IMG/VR virus record: IMGVR_UViG_3300037067_005321
Span: 1 to 64,000 of that record
Length of the DNA: 64,000 nt
Origin: a virus
Lineage: Duplodnaviria; Caudoviricetes
Reading direction: 5' to 3' (one strand)
Shown here piece after piece: positions 1-9,663 of this stretch. A program made the position numbers and the translations under genes. How positions within the stretch are numbered: the first letter of the stretch is position 1; the number at the start of each line of letters is the position of its first letter. The notes under the pieces are model-generated. The model worked only from the letters and a program-made list of their open reading frames with translations, made no database searches and was not told the origin of the DNA.

Positions 1-1
1 T

Positions 2-208
2 TTTTGGTATATATGGTTATTATTCTTTACAGTAGTTTGTGTATTTATTAATTATGGAGCTTGGTATTCCTTTAATTTAATAAAAAGAAATGATGGAACA
101 GATAATATATTTGATACTCTTGATTGGCCTTTAGCTGCTATCCTGTTGGGTATATTTCCCCTTATTATGTTTATTGGGATACATATTTATGGACGGGTTC
201 CTTATTAA
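2..208 (+). CDS. small membrane protein, 5'-truncated
   Basis: Manual translation gives FWYIWLLFFTVVCVFIN...GRVPY*, with two hydrophobic stretches; not in the ORF track. Confidence 0.6.
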   Translation, partial: FWYIWLLFFTVVCVFINYGAWYSFNLIKRNDGTDNIFDTLDWPLAAILLGIFPLIMFIGIHIYGRVPY

Positions 209-219
209 GGAGAGACTAA

Positions 220-399
220 ATGATTTGGTATATATAGTTATGCATTTTTACAATTTGGTGTGTATATCTTAATGAGGTAATATGGTGGGAAAATAAGGAA
301 TCCTATGATTATACATATTCTATAGGAATAGGAACAGCAGGAGCTTTCATATTTATAAGTTCAGCATGTGCTATAATAATTACGCTGAGTAGGGGTTAA
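220..399 (+). pseudogene. paralog of the upstream membrane gene with an in-frame TAG at codon 6
   Basis: AGGAG RBS, then MIWYI*LCIFTIWCVYLN...LSRG*; aligns with upstream FWYIWLLFFTVVCVFIN, and TAG (235-237) replaces TGG. Confidence 0.55.
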
Positions 400-401
400 T
401 A

Positions 402-647
402 ATGATTATATACAAAGAAAAAATAGTAAAAGTACCAGATAAATATAAATGTGATAAATGTAGTAAAGAATTTGATGTTGCTATAGATTGGTCAGAATCA
501 CAAGAGTTTCATCATATAAATTTTATTGGTGGTTGGGGGTCTATTTTTGGAGATGGGGAAGAAGTTAAATGCAATTTATGCCAATATTGTTTAAAAGAAT
601 TAATAGGAGATTATTTACAAATTGAAAAATTTAATGGTAGATATTGA
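402..647 (+). CDS. hypothetical Zn-binding protein
   Basis: Two CxxC pairs (CDKC, CQYC). Confidence 0.7.
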   Translation: MIIYKEKIVKVPDKYKCDKCSKEFDVAIDWSESQEFHHINFIGGWGSIFGDGEEVKCNLCQYCLKELIGDYLQIEKFNGRY

Positions 648-1203
648 AACACTTGACACTAGAAAATCAAGCGTTATATTACAGATAGGTGCAGCATATT
701 TTGATCGTTATACTGGTGAAGTTGGGGATAAATATTCAGTAAATATAGACCTAAAATCCTCTCTTGCATCAGGATTTACAGTTAATGCTGACACTATATA
801 TTGGTGGATGAAACAAGCAGAAGAAGCTAGAAAATCTGTATTTGAAGGTGAAGCAATGCATGTTTTTGATGCTATTAATGACTTTAATAGATTTGCAGAA
901 AAAGCAAAGTTTGTATGGTCACATGCAACATTTGACTTTAATATTATATATAATCATTTTGAAAAACTTAATATAGTACCCACATTTCACTATAGAACAG
1001 CTAGAGATATAAGAACTCTTATAGATTTAGCAGATATTAATTTTACAGAGAAAAAGGGTAGAAGCGGAACTAGACACACTGCTTTAGATGATGTGCTTTA
1101 TCAAATTGAGTATTGTGTGATAGCTTTTAATACCATAAAAGGAAAAATTGAAAACTCAAAACCAAAAAAAGATAGTAGTGGATTGGAGATAAAAAGAGTA
1201 TGA
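622..1203 (+). CDS. DEDDh 3'-5' exonuclease (phage exonuclease VIII-like)
   Basis: MVDIETL, FDFNII, RDIRT and HTALDDV motifs. Confidence 0.85.
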   Translation: MKNLMVDIETLDTRKSSVILQIGAAYFDRYTGEVGDKYSVNIDLKSSLASGFTVNADTIYWWMKQAEEARKSVFEGEAMHVFDAINDFNRFAEKAKFVWSHATFDFNIIYNHFEKLNIVPTFHYRTARDIRTLIDLADINFTEKKGRSGTRHTALDDVLYQIEYCVIAFNTIKGKIENSKPKKDSSGLEIKRV

Positions 1204-1508
1204 GTTATGAATCCATTAGTTGTTTAAGAATAAATATATTTGATGAAATTATTCCTGATAATCTATCTCCATGGGTTTTTATAAGACCCTACTATCCAAC
1301 TACTTATATTAATTATGCGTGGATTCCACAAACTATAGGATATCAAATATGGATTTTATTTGAATTTAAAACAAAAGAAGATAGAGAAATTTGGGAAAAT
1401 AATCTTCCATCAATAATAGCTAAACGGTTAGATAGAAATCTAATCCCATATGCTTTAAATTTTGGTTGGGGCAGTAGAAATATAAATGGATTTGTAATAT
1501 CTAATTAA
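1200..1508 (+). CDS. hypothetical protein
   Basis: ATGA overlap with the previous gene; GGAG RBS. Confidence 0.6.
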   Translation: MSYESISCLRINIFDEIIPDNLSPWVFIRPYYPTTYINYAWIPQTIGYQIWILFEFKTKEDREIWENNLPSIIAKRLDRNLIPYALNFGWGSRNINGFVISN

Positions 1509-1526
1509 AATGGAGATAAGAAAAGT

Positions 1527-1919
1527 ATGAGTTATGAAGAACTAGGTAAAAAAGTAGGAGCACTCGTTGATAAAAAGCAAGAGGCATATGGTAATTCATT
1601 TGGTAGAGCAGGAAATGTTCTTTGGGAGTTATATCCTGAGGGAATTAAACCAAATCAGTATGATGACGCTCTAGCTATTGTCAGAATTATAGATAAATTG
1701 TTTCGTATAGCGAATAAAAAAGATGCCTTTGGGGAAGACCCCTATTCGGATATAGTGGGATATTCCCTATTAGGGATGAACATGAATTTAAAAAAGAAAG
1801 AAGAAGAACCAAAGACCACTGAAAAATGGAAAGTAGTAGAGTTGGGGCAAGTACCGGATACTATAACAACAGTTGCATCTGATGCTCCAAATTTTAATTC
1901 TGATAATTTGGTAATGTAA
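1527..1919 (+). CDS. DUF1599-like (nucleotide-modification-associated) protein
   Basis: KKQEAYGNSF...DKLFRI...DIVGYSLL pattern. Confidence 0.6.
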   Translation: MSYEELGKKVGALVDKKQEAYGNSFGRAGNVLWELYPEGIKPNQYDDALAIVRIIDKLFRIANKKDAFGEDPYSDIVGYSLLGMNMNLKKKEEEPKTTEKWKVVELGQVPDTITTVASDAPNFNSDNLVM

Positions 1920-1920
1920 A

Positions 1921-2172
1921 ATGACAGACTATCAAGAATTTACAACTAAAAATACTTCTAAAGAACAAAGAAGAAAATTAAATATTGGTGATATTTGGTC
2001 TAACCAAGCTAAGTGTTTGAAATGTGGTGATATTATTAGATCAAAAAACAGACATGATTATGTAGAATGCAAATGTGGAGCAATAGCAGTAGATGGGGGG
2101 AGTTGGTATCTGAGAAGAACAGGTAAAGAAGAAGATATAGAAGAAATGTCGGAGATGTATAATGGAATTTAA
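1921..2172 (+). CDS. small phage Zn-ribbon protein
   Basis: AKCLKCGDIIRSKNRHDYVECKCGAIAVDGG pattern. Confidence 0.7.
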   Translation: MTDYQEFTTKNTSKEQRRKLNIGDIWSNQAKCLKCGDIIRSKNRHDYVECKCGAIAVDGGSWYLRRTGKEEDIEEMSEMYNGI

Positions 2173-2392
2173 TGAAGGTGGAATTTGGGAATTTTCAGAA
2201 TGGGAAATACAATTAGACAGAGAATTAGAAAGCAAGTATTATAATAAATGTAAACATTGTATAGATATTGATAATAACAAATTTAGATGTCCTAGAATAG
2301 TTGTTGGCACAAATGAAGCTGGCTATAATTCAACTGGAATTTGTTTAGATTGTATTTTAGAAGCAGTTAAGAAGATGGAGGATAAAGATTGA
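2162..2392 (+). CDS. hypothetical Cys-rich protein
   Basis: CKHC...CLDC; overlaps its neighbours in operon fashion. Confidence 0.6.
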   Translation: MEFNEGGIWEFSEWEIQLDRELESKYYNKCKHCIDIDNNKFRCPRIVVGTNEAGYNSTGICLDCILEAVKKMEDKD

Positions 2393-4305
2393 CAGAAAAG
2401 AAGAAAGAATATGTTTCTAATATTTATAAAAAGATAGTAGAAAAACGATCTTATTCAAGATGGGTAGATGAATTAAATAGAAGAGAAACATGGAAGGAAA
2501 CAGTAGACAGATATAGAAACTACTTTCTATCTAAAGGAATAATAAAAAGAGAAGATGAATTTAATATAGCCTGTGATATGATAGAAGACTATGAAATATT
2601 ACCAGCCATGAGATGTTTGTGGTCAGCAGGAGAAGCACTTGATAAAGAAAATTTAGCAGGATTTAATTGTTCCTATACACCAATAGATAAAGTAAAAGTA
2701 TTTGCTGATATTCTTTATATACTTATGAACGGTGCTGGCGTTGGATTTTCTGTAGAAAAGAAATATACAGACTGTTTACCAAAAATACCTTCTATACTAT
2801 CTCAATCTGAAGACATCATGATATTTGCTGATAGTAAATTAGGATGGGCAACTGGATTTCATAAATTTATGGTGGAATTATATAATGGTAAGATAGTTAA
2901 ATATGATCTTTCCAAAATAAGACCAGAAGGTGCAAGACTTAAAACTTTTGGTGGGAGAGCTAGTGGGCCACAGCCATTAAAACAATTACTTGAATATACT
3001 AAAGTTATCTTTGATAAAAGAAAAGGTAGTAAACTACAACCAATAGATTGTCATGATATAGTTTGTTATATAGCTAACTGTGTGGTTTCTGGGGGGGTCA
3101 GAAGATCAAGTTGCATATCTTTATCAGATTTGAATGATTTAGATATGAGGTTTGCTAAAAATGGTGAATTTTGGGTGCAAAATATGCAGAGAAGCTTATC
3201 TAATAATTCTGCTGTATATGATTCAAAACCAAATTCTTCTTCTTTTTTGCAAGAATGGTTGTCTATTGTACAAAGCAGATCTGGAGAAAGGGGTATTTTT
3301 AATAGGAAAAGTTGTAAATTTATAGTTACACAGTCTGGCAGAAGAGATCCTAATTATGAGTTTGGGGGAAATCCATGTCTTGAGGTAATTTTAAGACCAC
3401 GGCAATTATGCAACTTATCTGAAATAGTAGCTAGACCAAATGATACAAAAGAAATACTTTTAAAAAAAGCTAAGTATGCTACTATATTAGGCTGTATACA
3501 ATCTACTCTTACTAAATTTAATTTTATAAGTAGAGAATGGAAGAGAAATTGTGAAGAAGAGAGACTACTTGGTGTATCTCTAACTGGTTTAAGAGATCAT
3601 AAAATACTTTCAAAAGAGAGTAAAGAATCAAGGATTCTTTTAACAGAAATGAAACAAACTGTTTTGGAAACTGCTAAGGAATGGTCTGCACAATTAGGTA
3701 TAAATATGCCAGCAGCTACTACAGTTATCAAACCATCTGGTACAGTTAGTCAGGTAGTAGATTCAGCTTCAGGATTACATCCTAGATATGCACAATATTA
3801 TATAAGGAGAATAAGAATCTCCAAGACTGATGCAGTAGCAAAGTTGCTTATAGATAAAGGGGTTAATTATGAAATAGAAACAGGGCAAGAGATAGATACA
3901 GCAAACACATTAGTATTTGATTTTCCTATGTGTTCTCCTGATACTGCTATTTTAAAAGAAGATGTATCAGCGTTAGATCAACTTAATTACTGGTTAATGC
4001 TCCAAAAATATTGGTGTGAGGGTAAACCTTCTTGTACTATTTATATAAAGGATAGTGAATGGATGGAAGTAGGAGCTTGGGTATATAAAAACTGGGATTA
4101 TGTATCTGGAATAGCCTTTTTGCCTACTGATGATAATGTATATAGATTAGCTCCATATGAAGAAATAGATGAAGAACAATATAATAATCTAATAAAAGAA
4201 TTTCCAGATGGGATAGATTTAGAAGAATTATCAAAATATGAATTAGAAGATAGCACAGAAGGTGCTAAAGAATTAGCTTGTGTTGGTGGAACTTGTGAAA
4301 TATAA
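2389..4305 (+). CDS. nrdJ: class II (adenosylcobalamin-dependent) ribonucleotide reductase
   Basis: RRETWKETVDR, FNCSY, GAGVGFS, RLKTFGGRASGPQPL, GGVRRS, NPCLE, CNLSE, IKPSGTVS and C-terminal ACVGGTCEI. Confidence 0.93.
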   Translation: MTEKKKEYVSNIYKKIVEKRSYSRWVDELNRRETWKETVDRYRNYFLSKGIIKREDEFNIACDMIEDYEILPAMRCLWSAGEALDKENLAGFNCSYTPIDKVKVFADILYILMNGAGVGFSVEKKYTDCLPKIPSILSQSEDIMIFADSKLGWATGFHKFMVELYNGKIVKYDLSKIRPEGARLKTFGGRASGPQPLKQLLEYTKVIFDKRKGSKLQPIDCHDIVCYIANCVVSGGVRRSSCISLSDLNDLDMRFAKNGEFWVQNMQRSLSNNSAVYDSKPNSSSFLQEWLSIVQSRSGERGIFNRKSCKFIVTQSGRRDPNYEFGGNPCLEVILRPRQLCNLSEIVARPNDTKEILLKKAKYATILGCIQSTLTKFNFISREWKRNCEEERLLGVSLTGLRDHKILSKESKESRILLTEMKQTVLETAKEWSAQLGINMPAATTVIKPSGTVSQVVDSASGLHPRYAQYYIRRIRISKTDAVAKLLIDKGVNYEIETGQEIDTANTLVFDFPMCSPDTAILKEDVSALDQLNYWLMLQKYWCEGKPSCTIYIKDSEWMEVGAWVYKNWDYVSGIAFLPTDDNVYRLAPYEEIDEEQYNNLIKEFPDGIDLEELSKYELEDSTEGAKELACVGGTCEI

Positions 4306-4313
4306 GGAATACT

Positions 4314-4574
4314 ATGGAAAATAAAACAAAAGATATAAAACAAAGAACTATTACAATTTATGAATTACTAGGTTTATTATTTATATATCTCAAATTAACT
4401 AGTCAAATAGATTGGTCTTGGCTTTGGATTACTTGCCCATTTTGGGGCATATATGCTTTTTGGTTAGCTATAGCAGGTTTAGCATTTTTTGGTGGAATAC
4501 TTTTATCAATAATTAATTCTTTATGGAATTTTACACTTAAATGGTTTTTACCTAAAAATAAAAAGGAGGATTAA
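4314..4574 (+). CDS. membrane protein
   Basis: LKLTSQIDWSWLWITCPFW phage membrane-protein pattern. Confidence 0.7.
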   Translation: MENKTKDIKQRTITIYELLGLLFIYLKLTSQIDWSWLWITCPFWGIYAFWLAIAGLAFFGGILLSIINSLWNFTLKWFLPKNKKED

Positions 4575-4578
4575 GATA

Positions 4579-4767
4579 ATGAGGTATAAAGGTGATGATT
4601 ATAATTGGGATGATATTGAAGATGATCCTTATGAATTTTATGATGAAATGACAGCTTCACCTAATAAAGTAATGAGAAATAGTAGAGATTATGACAAAGA
4701 TTTAAGATATAGACTAGATGAATATTATGAAGAATTTGATCCAAAAACATTATATGGAGAATATTAA
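4579..4767 (+). CDS. acidic hypothetical protein
   Basis: AGGAGG RBS; fits the operon. Confidence 0.6.
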   Translation: MRYKGDDYNWDDIEDDPYEFYDEMTASPNKVMRNSRDYDKDLRYRLDEYYEEFDPKTLYGEY

Positions 4768-4768
4768 G

Positions 4769-5095
4769 ATGGGTGTGGATTATGATAGTGTGGCAGGTAT
4801 TGGTATTTTAGTAGATGAAGATATAAGAGAGAAGTTGATATTAGCAGATCTTTTTTCTGAGGAGGAGTGGGAAGAAGATCCTGGAGAATGTTTGGAAAAA
4901 GTAGGAATAGCATTTTCAGAAGCAGGGGATTCATGTTACTCTGGGAAAGATCCTAGATTTTATTATTTTGTAGAAGGAAAAAACTTAGAAGAGATAATAA
5001 ATAACTATCCAATCTTACTAGACATGCTTAAAAGATTTGGTATAAACAAAACAATTAAAGATCTTATAGTTATAGAAGATCTATTAGTATGGTAA
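4769..5095 (+). CDS. hypothetical protein (start probably ATG 4769 rather than 4718)
   Basis: GGAG RBS upstream of MGVDYDSVAGIG. Confidence 0.6.
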   Translation: MGVDYDSVAGIGILVDEDIREKLILADLFSEEEWEEDPGECLEKVGIAFSEAGDSCYSGKDPRFYYFVEGKNLEEIINNYPILLDMLKRFGINKTIKDLIVIEDLLVW

Positions 5096-5110
5096 TAAGG
5101 AGATATTAAG

Positions 5111-5410
5111 ATGAATTATAAATATAAGAAAAAACCAGTAGTAATTGAAGCCTTTCAAATGACTAAATTTCGTAGATGGGATAATTCTGATTGGCCTAAT
5201 TGGTTGCATCAAGCATGGAATAAAGATCCATCTGAAGGAGCATTGTGGATAGATGGGGATGATCCTACTAGAGAAAAACTTGTTTGTGGTACTCTTGAGG
5301 GAGTACATAGAATAGATTGGGGGGATTATATTATACAAGGAATAAAAGGAGAAATATATTCTTGTAAACCAGATATATTTGAAGCTACATATGAGGAAGT
5401 AAATGAGTAA
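5111..5410 (+). CDS. conserved phage protein (PGDYG-like)
   Basis: YKKKPVVIEAFQ...TLEG...GDYIIQGIKGEIYSCKPDIFEATY. Confidence 0.8.
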   Translation: MNYKYKKKPVVIEAFQMTKFRRWDNSDWPNWLHQAWNKDPSEGALWIDGDDPTREKLVCGTLEGVHRIDWGDYIIQGIKGEIYSCKPDIFEATYEEVNE

Positions 5411-5630
5411 AAAAGATATACTTAAAGCTATACGTTGCCAATGTAGCACTTGCTTTGGAGAAACTCAGCCAGTAAAATTCCCAATATCTAACCCACAAGA
5501 TGTAAAGGAATGTACTTCTCCTAATTGCTATCTCTATCCTTACAGGCTTGGTAAAGACCCAAATGTAAGCCATAAAAGAAGTGAGAATGCAAAGAAGAGA
5601 GGATTTGGCAAGAAGGAGATTAAGAAATGA
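5403..5630 (+). CDS. hypothetical Cys-rich protein
   Basis: KAIR..C..C...EC....C.LYPYRLG. Confidence 0.65.
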   Translation: MSKKDILKAIRCQCSTCFGETQPVKFPISNPQDVKECTSPNCYLYPYRLGKDPNVSHKRSENAKKRGFGKKEIKK

Positions 5631-5824
5631 AAGAACAAACAAAACTTGATGAACACTTTTTTAGAGAAGCAGAATGTTGTGGAACTTGTAAATCTGGTAA
5701 ACCTAGAGGTTCCTGGAAAGATACAATTTTAGATTGTATGGAAGATAGAAACTTTGATATATCAGATGATTACAGAGGAGTTTGTATTTATATGAGATGT
5801 AATTTATATGAGAAAAGAAAATGA
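5627..5824 (+). CDS. hypothetical Cys-rich protein
   Basis: ATGA overlaps; CCGTC motif. Confidence 0.55.
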   Translation: MKEQTKLDEHFFREAECCGTCKSGKPRGSWKDTILDCMEDRNFDISDDYRGVCIYMRCNLYEKRK

Positions 5825-6081
5825 AAAATGATACCCTACTAATTAAAAATACAATAATTTGCCCAGGTTGTGGATGGATAGGAGAGAAAAGTAAACTAGA
5901 CAAGAATAAATGTCCTAGGTGCGGCTATAAAAATAAAACAAGCCCATATAGATTACTTACTATGTCAGAAATGGAAAGTAGAAAATATAAAAATGAAGAA
6001 TATCAAAATGTAAATATGTATAAATTTTTAAAATCATATAATAAAATATGTGATGAAAATATATTTAACATGATGTTATAA
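5821..6081 (+). CDS. hypothetical Zn-ribbon protein
   Basis: CPGCGW...CPRCGY. Confidence 0.6.
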   Translation: MKNDTLLIKNTIICPGCGWIGEKSKLDKNKCPRCGYKNKTSPYRLLTMSEMESRKYKNEEYQNVNMYKFLKSYNKICDENIFNMML

Positions 6082-6091
6082 GGAATAAAAA

Positions 6092-6781
6092 ATGAATAGA
6101 GCTATAGCAATAAGAAAAGATGATAACTATAATGAGATAGCTGAGTTAACTTTACCAAGTATAAAAAAATATGTTGACAAATGTAAAACAGATCTTATAT
6201 TTATAAGTGATTGCAAAGGGTATCATCCTCATTACAGAATACTTCAATTTTGGGAATTATTTGACACTTATGATCAGATTCTTTCATTAGATATAGATGT
6301 ATTGATAAGATCAGATTGTCCTGATATATTTAAGTATTCAGAACTATGTAGTTGTGGAGATAAATCTCCTATTCTTTATTCAGTATTTGAGGATAAAGGA
6401 TCTAGAGAATTAGATAGGCATAATAGGATACAGTTTATACAAGATAAGTTTGGTCCTGTTGATTGGACAGAAGATTACATCAATACTGGATTTAGCTTGT
6501 TTTTAAAAGATAGTAAACCAATATTTGAACCAGTATCAGAAGACAAACTTTGGATGGATTTAGGATATGATGATGTATATTTAATGTATAAAATTCATCA
6601 ATTAGGATTACAAGATAGAGTATTTGAGTTGCCTTGCTCCTTTAATCATATGAGTTTATTTAATGAGTGGTTTAATCCACAAAATTCCTTTGTTCTACAC
6701 TTCGCAGGAATGGGACAGTTATTCGGTCAAAAAAGTAGAATAGACAATATAAAGTATGCATTGGAACATTGGTATAAATAA
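6092..6781 (+). CDS. GT-A fold glycosyltransferase (GT8-like)
   Basis: LSLDIDVLI DxD motif, YINTG, FN...LHFAG. Confidence 0.7.
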   Translation: MNRAIAIRKDDNYNEIAELTLPSIKKYVDKCKTDLIFISDCKGYHPHYRILQFWELFDTYDQILSLDIDVLIRSDCPDIFKYSELCSCGDKSPILYSVFEDKGSRELDRHNRIQFIQDKFGPVDWTEDYINTGFSLFLKDSKPIFEPVSEDKLWMDLGYDDVYLMYKIHQLGLQDRVFELPCSFNHMSLFNEWFNPQNSFVLHFAGMGQLFGQKSRIDNIKYALEHWYK

Positions 6782-6786
6782 TTATT

Positions 6787-6859
6787 GGGTTGATAGTTTA
6801 ATTGGTAAAATAGTGGACTCCAAATCCACCAGATGGGAGTTCAAATCTTCCTCAGCCCG
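6787..6859 (+). tRNA. trnW: tRNA-Trp(CCA), 3' CCA not encoded
   Basis: Acceptor GGGTTGA/TCAGCCC, anticodon arm GTGGA-CTCCAAA-TCCAC, T arm GGGAG-TTCAAAT-CTTCC, discriminator G. Confidence 0.9.
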
Positions 6860-6896
6860 TATTTTATCTATATTAGAGCTTTAAAAAGGATATAAA

Positions 6897-7238
6897 ATGA
6901 CTGAACCAAAAAACTTAGATGAATGTATTAACTGGTTTATGGAAAATATTATTGATGAAGAATTATATAAATATAAACATCTTTCTGAAGAAGATACTTG
7001 TATTTTTCATCATGGAACTGGAAGAAATATAAGAAATAATTGGAATTTATGGAATAACGAATCTTTATTACATAAATGGTTTAATTCAATAGGAATTTAT
7101 CATCCAGACGATATGTCTGCAATTATATTAACTTCTTTACATAGACATCTAAATAATAAACTTATTAATTTAGAGGAACAAGTTAAATTTTATCAAGATT
7201 ATTGGAGTAAAATAAATGAAAGTAAAATTAGAATGTAG
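6897..7238 (+). CDS. DUF6794-like protein
   Basis: PKNLDEC...HHGTGRNIRNNWNLW...GIYHPDDMSAIIL. Confidence 0.7.
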   Translation: MTEPKNLDECINWFMENIIDEELYKYKHLSEEDTCIFHHGTGRNIRNNWNLWNNESLLHKWFNSIGIYHPDDMSAIILTSLHRHLNNKLINLEEQVKFYQDYWSKINESKIRM

Positions 7239-7404
7239 TGATCCAGTATCTACAGAAACAAAAGAATATGAATCCATAGAAAGCTTTTTAAAGGAATTTC
7301 CATATTTTAGTCAATTATTATCTGATGGTAGAGAGGAACTTGAAACTAATATTAGAATAATAACAGAAGACCCTTTAATAATGAACATTGAATTATATAA
7401 GTAA
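7216..7404 (+). CDS. hypothetical protein
   Basis: GGAG RBS; fits the operon. Confidence 0.5.
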   Translation: MKVKLECSDPVSTETKEYESIESFLKEFPYFSQLLSDGREELETNIRIITEDPLIMNIELYK

Positions 7405-7415
7405 GGTGAATTATA

Positions 7416-7658
7416 ATGTTACTTAAATTTTCAGTTGCTTTAGGTGAATTTGGCAGTACTATATATGAAGAAACTTTTGCACCAGAAGATATAAATCTTT
7501 CTCCAGAAAGATGGAATTCTTTTAGTCCGAATGCACAAGCTGCTTATTTAATGAGATGGTTTGAAAAAATACCTAAGAAGTTTAACATTGAGGAAATACC
7601 AGAACCAAAAGAAATGTTACCTGAGTATGATAAGGAGAAGAAATTAGATGATAAATAA
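7416..7658 (+). CDS. hypothetical protein
   Basis: AGGTGA RBS; fits the operon. Confidence 0.55.
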   Translation: MLLKFSVALGEFGSTIYEETFAPEDINLSPERWNSFSPNAQAAYLMRWFEKIPKKFNIEEIPEPKEMLPEYDKEKKLDDK

Positions 7659-7944
7659 AGAAGAAACAATTTATCGTATGTATTTAAATGAAGATAATCC
7701 ATATTCACTATCAGCAGAAGATGATATATATTTCAATGCTGATGAGTATGGAAGAATGAGATTTGATGAATTTAGATCATGGTTACAAAGATGGAGAACA
7801 AAAGATGAGTTAATTAAATTATTAGAAACAATTATATTTGAGCTTGAACATAATTTTAAGGGAGAGGAGGAAGTTGAATCTATGGCAAAATCTAAAGATA
7901 CTAAGAAAGAAACTAAGAAGAAACCTATAAAGAAGAGTAAGTAG
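7648..7944 (+). CDS. hypothetical protein with a Lys-rich tail
   Basis: Fits the operon. Confidence 0.55.
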   Translation: MINKEETIYRMYLNEDNPYSLSAEDDIYFNADEYGRMRFDEFRSWLQRWRTKDELIKLLETIIFELEHNFKGEEEVESMAKSKDTKKETKKKPIKKSK

Positions 7945-8108
7945 TTAAATATATTAACTTTTTTAAAGTGGCAGAGATAACTTATGTATCTAGACGCCAT
8001 TATCCTAATTACGATATACTGAAAAGAAGTACGAGTAGGAAGATTGGGGGAGCCACACCGGATATGCATGTTATCATTTTAATATAAATAAAATAATGGA
8101 GACAAAAA

Positions 8109-9050
8109 TTGAATAAAATAGAAAATATACGATCATTATTTGGAAAGATGTCAATACAAGAATTAGCAAAAAAGTTTAAGGTTAAGGAATCTAGTGTAGA
8201 ACGATATTTAAGAAATGGAAAATTGATAAGTGATAAAGTAGAGAATAAAATATTTACTGTTGTAAATTCTCCCAAAATTCTGTTACTCGATATAGAAACG
8301 TTACCAGCAGAAACCTTAGTTTGGGGTTTATACAAGCAAGTTATTCCTACTGAAAATCTTATAAAGGATTGGTCTATAGTTGGTTGGTCTGCTAAATGGC
8401 TAGGAACTTCTAAAGTAATGTCGGAAATTCTTACTCCAGAGGAAGCTATAAATAGAAATGACAAGAGAATTCTTGAAAATTTATGGTTATTAATGGATGA
8501 TGCACAGATATTAATTGGTCATAATTGCATAAAATTTGACATTAGAAAAACTAATGCTAGATTTTTACAACATGATTTTGCTCCTCCTAAACCATACAAA
8601 GTTGTAGATACTTACACCGAAACTAGAAAGAATTTTGCATTTGTATCAAATAAACTTGATTATCTTAATAGTATGCTTGGATTAACTAGAAAGATAAAAA
8701 CAGAATATGGACTTTGGCGCAGATGTTTAGGAATGGATGGAGCAGATGCTAATAAAGCCCTATCAGAAATGGAGAAATATAATAGACAAGATATAATAGC
8801 TCTAGAAGATCTTTATCTAATTCTTAGACCTTGGATTAAGGGACATCCCAATCTTGCTATTTATATGGATATAGAAGATAGTATATGTCCTAATTGTGGA
8901 GATACTAATTTAATAGAAGATGGTAATTATTTTACACCATCTGGAAGATACAAAGCATTTAGATGTGAAGGTTGTGGAGCTATAGGAAGATCAAAAACTA
9001 ATGAATTAACTAAGGAGCAGAGGAAGTCCATGATACTTCCTGCAAGATAG
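8109..9050 (+). CDS. RNase H-like 3'-5' exonuclease with N-terminal HTH and C-terminal Zn ribbon
   Basis: LLLDIET, GHNCIKFD, SNKLDYL, YNRQDI; CPNCG...CEGCG. Confidence 0.85.
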   Translation: MNKIENIRSLFGKMSIQELAKKFKVKESSVERYLRNGKLISDKVENKIFTVVNSPKILLLDIETLPAETLVWGLYKQVIPTENLIKDWSIVGWSAKWLGTSKVMSEILTPEEAINRNDKRILENLWLLMDDAQILIGHNCIKFDIRKTNARFLQHDFAPPKPYKVVDTYTETRKNFAFVSNKLDYLNSMLGLTRKIKTEYGLWRRCLGMDGADANKALSEMEKYNRQDIIALEDLYLILRPWIKGHPNLAIYMDIEDSICPNCGDTNLIEDGNYFTPSGRYKAFRCEGCGAIGRSKTNELTKEQRKSMILPAR

Positions 9051-9250
9051 TGGAAGAACAAGTTAAAGATATAGTTGAATATTTATATAGAAATGAGTAT
9101 AACTTCATAAAATCTTATAGGGAAGATCCTAAGAAAGTATTTTCTAATGTATCTAATAATATGAAAATAACACCTATTAATTTAAAAGCAATTCTCAAAG
9201 AATTTTATGAAGGATTAACTGCTAATAAACTAAATGATATAATAGCATAG
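9050..9250 (+). CDS. hypothetical protein
   Basis: TAGTG stop/start overlap. Confidence 0.5.
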   Translation: MEEQVKDIVEYLYRNEYNFIKSYREDPKKVFSNVSNNMKITPINLKAILKEFYEGLTANKLNDIIA

Positions 9251-9258
9251 GAGATAAT

Positions 9259-9660
9259 ATGAAATTAGAGAATATAAAAGAATGGTTTGATAGAAAATGG
9301 TTTATGATAAAGAGATTTTTTAAACATACATATCAATATTGGTCTAGAGGATTTTCAGATAAAGAAACTTGGGAGCTTTATGATGAAATAGCTAAATTTG
9401 TGCATCCAAGATTGGTTATTTTTCGTAAGTTAAATAATGGCATACCTTATGGTGAAACTGAAAAATCTTGGGATAAAAAATTAGATAAGATGATTATATC
9501 ATTTGATATGTTATCAAGATATGATGAAATAGAAGAATCTTGGTGTACTTTAGAAAATAGTAAATATAAAAGTAATGTTAAAAAGGTGAAATCAGATCAA
9601 AAGAAAATACAAGAAGGTTTGGATCTTTTTGCTAAATTCTATCATGGTTTATGGTGGTAA
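9259..9660 (+). CDS. conserved phage hypothetical protein
   Basis: RGFSDKETWEL...EGLDLFAKFYHGLWW pattern. Confidence 0.7.
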   Translation: MKLENIKEWFDRKWFMIKRFFKHTYQYWSRGFSDKETWELYDEIAKFVHPRLVIFRKLNNGIPYGETEKSWDKKLDKMIISFDMLSRYDEIEESWCTLENSKYKSNVKKVKSDQKKIQEGLDLFAKFYHGLWW

Positions 9661-9663
9661 GCT

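Noticed and set aside
2389-4305. Intron or intein in the ribonucleotide reductase
   Set aside because: The motifs are contiguous at normal length, with no splicing blocks.
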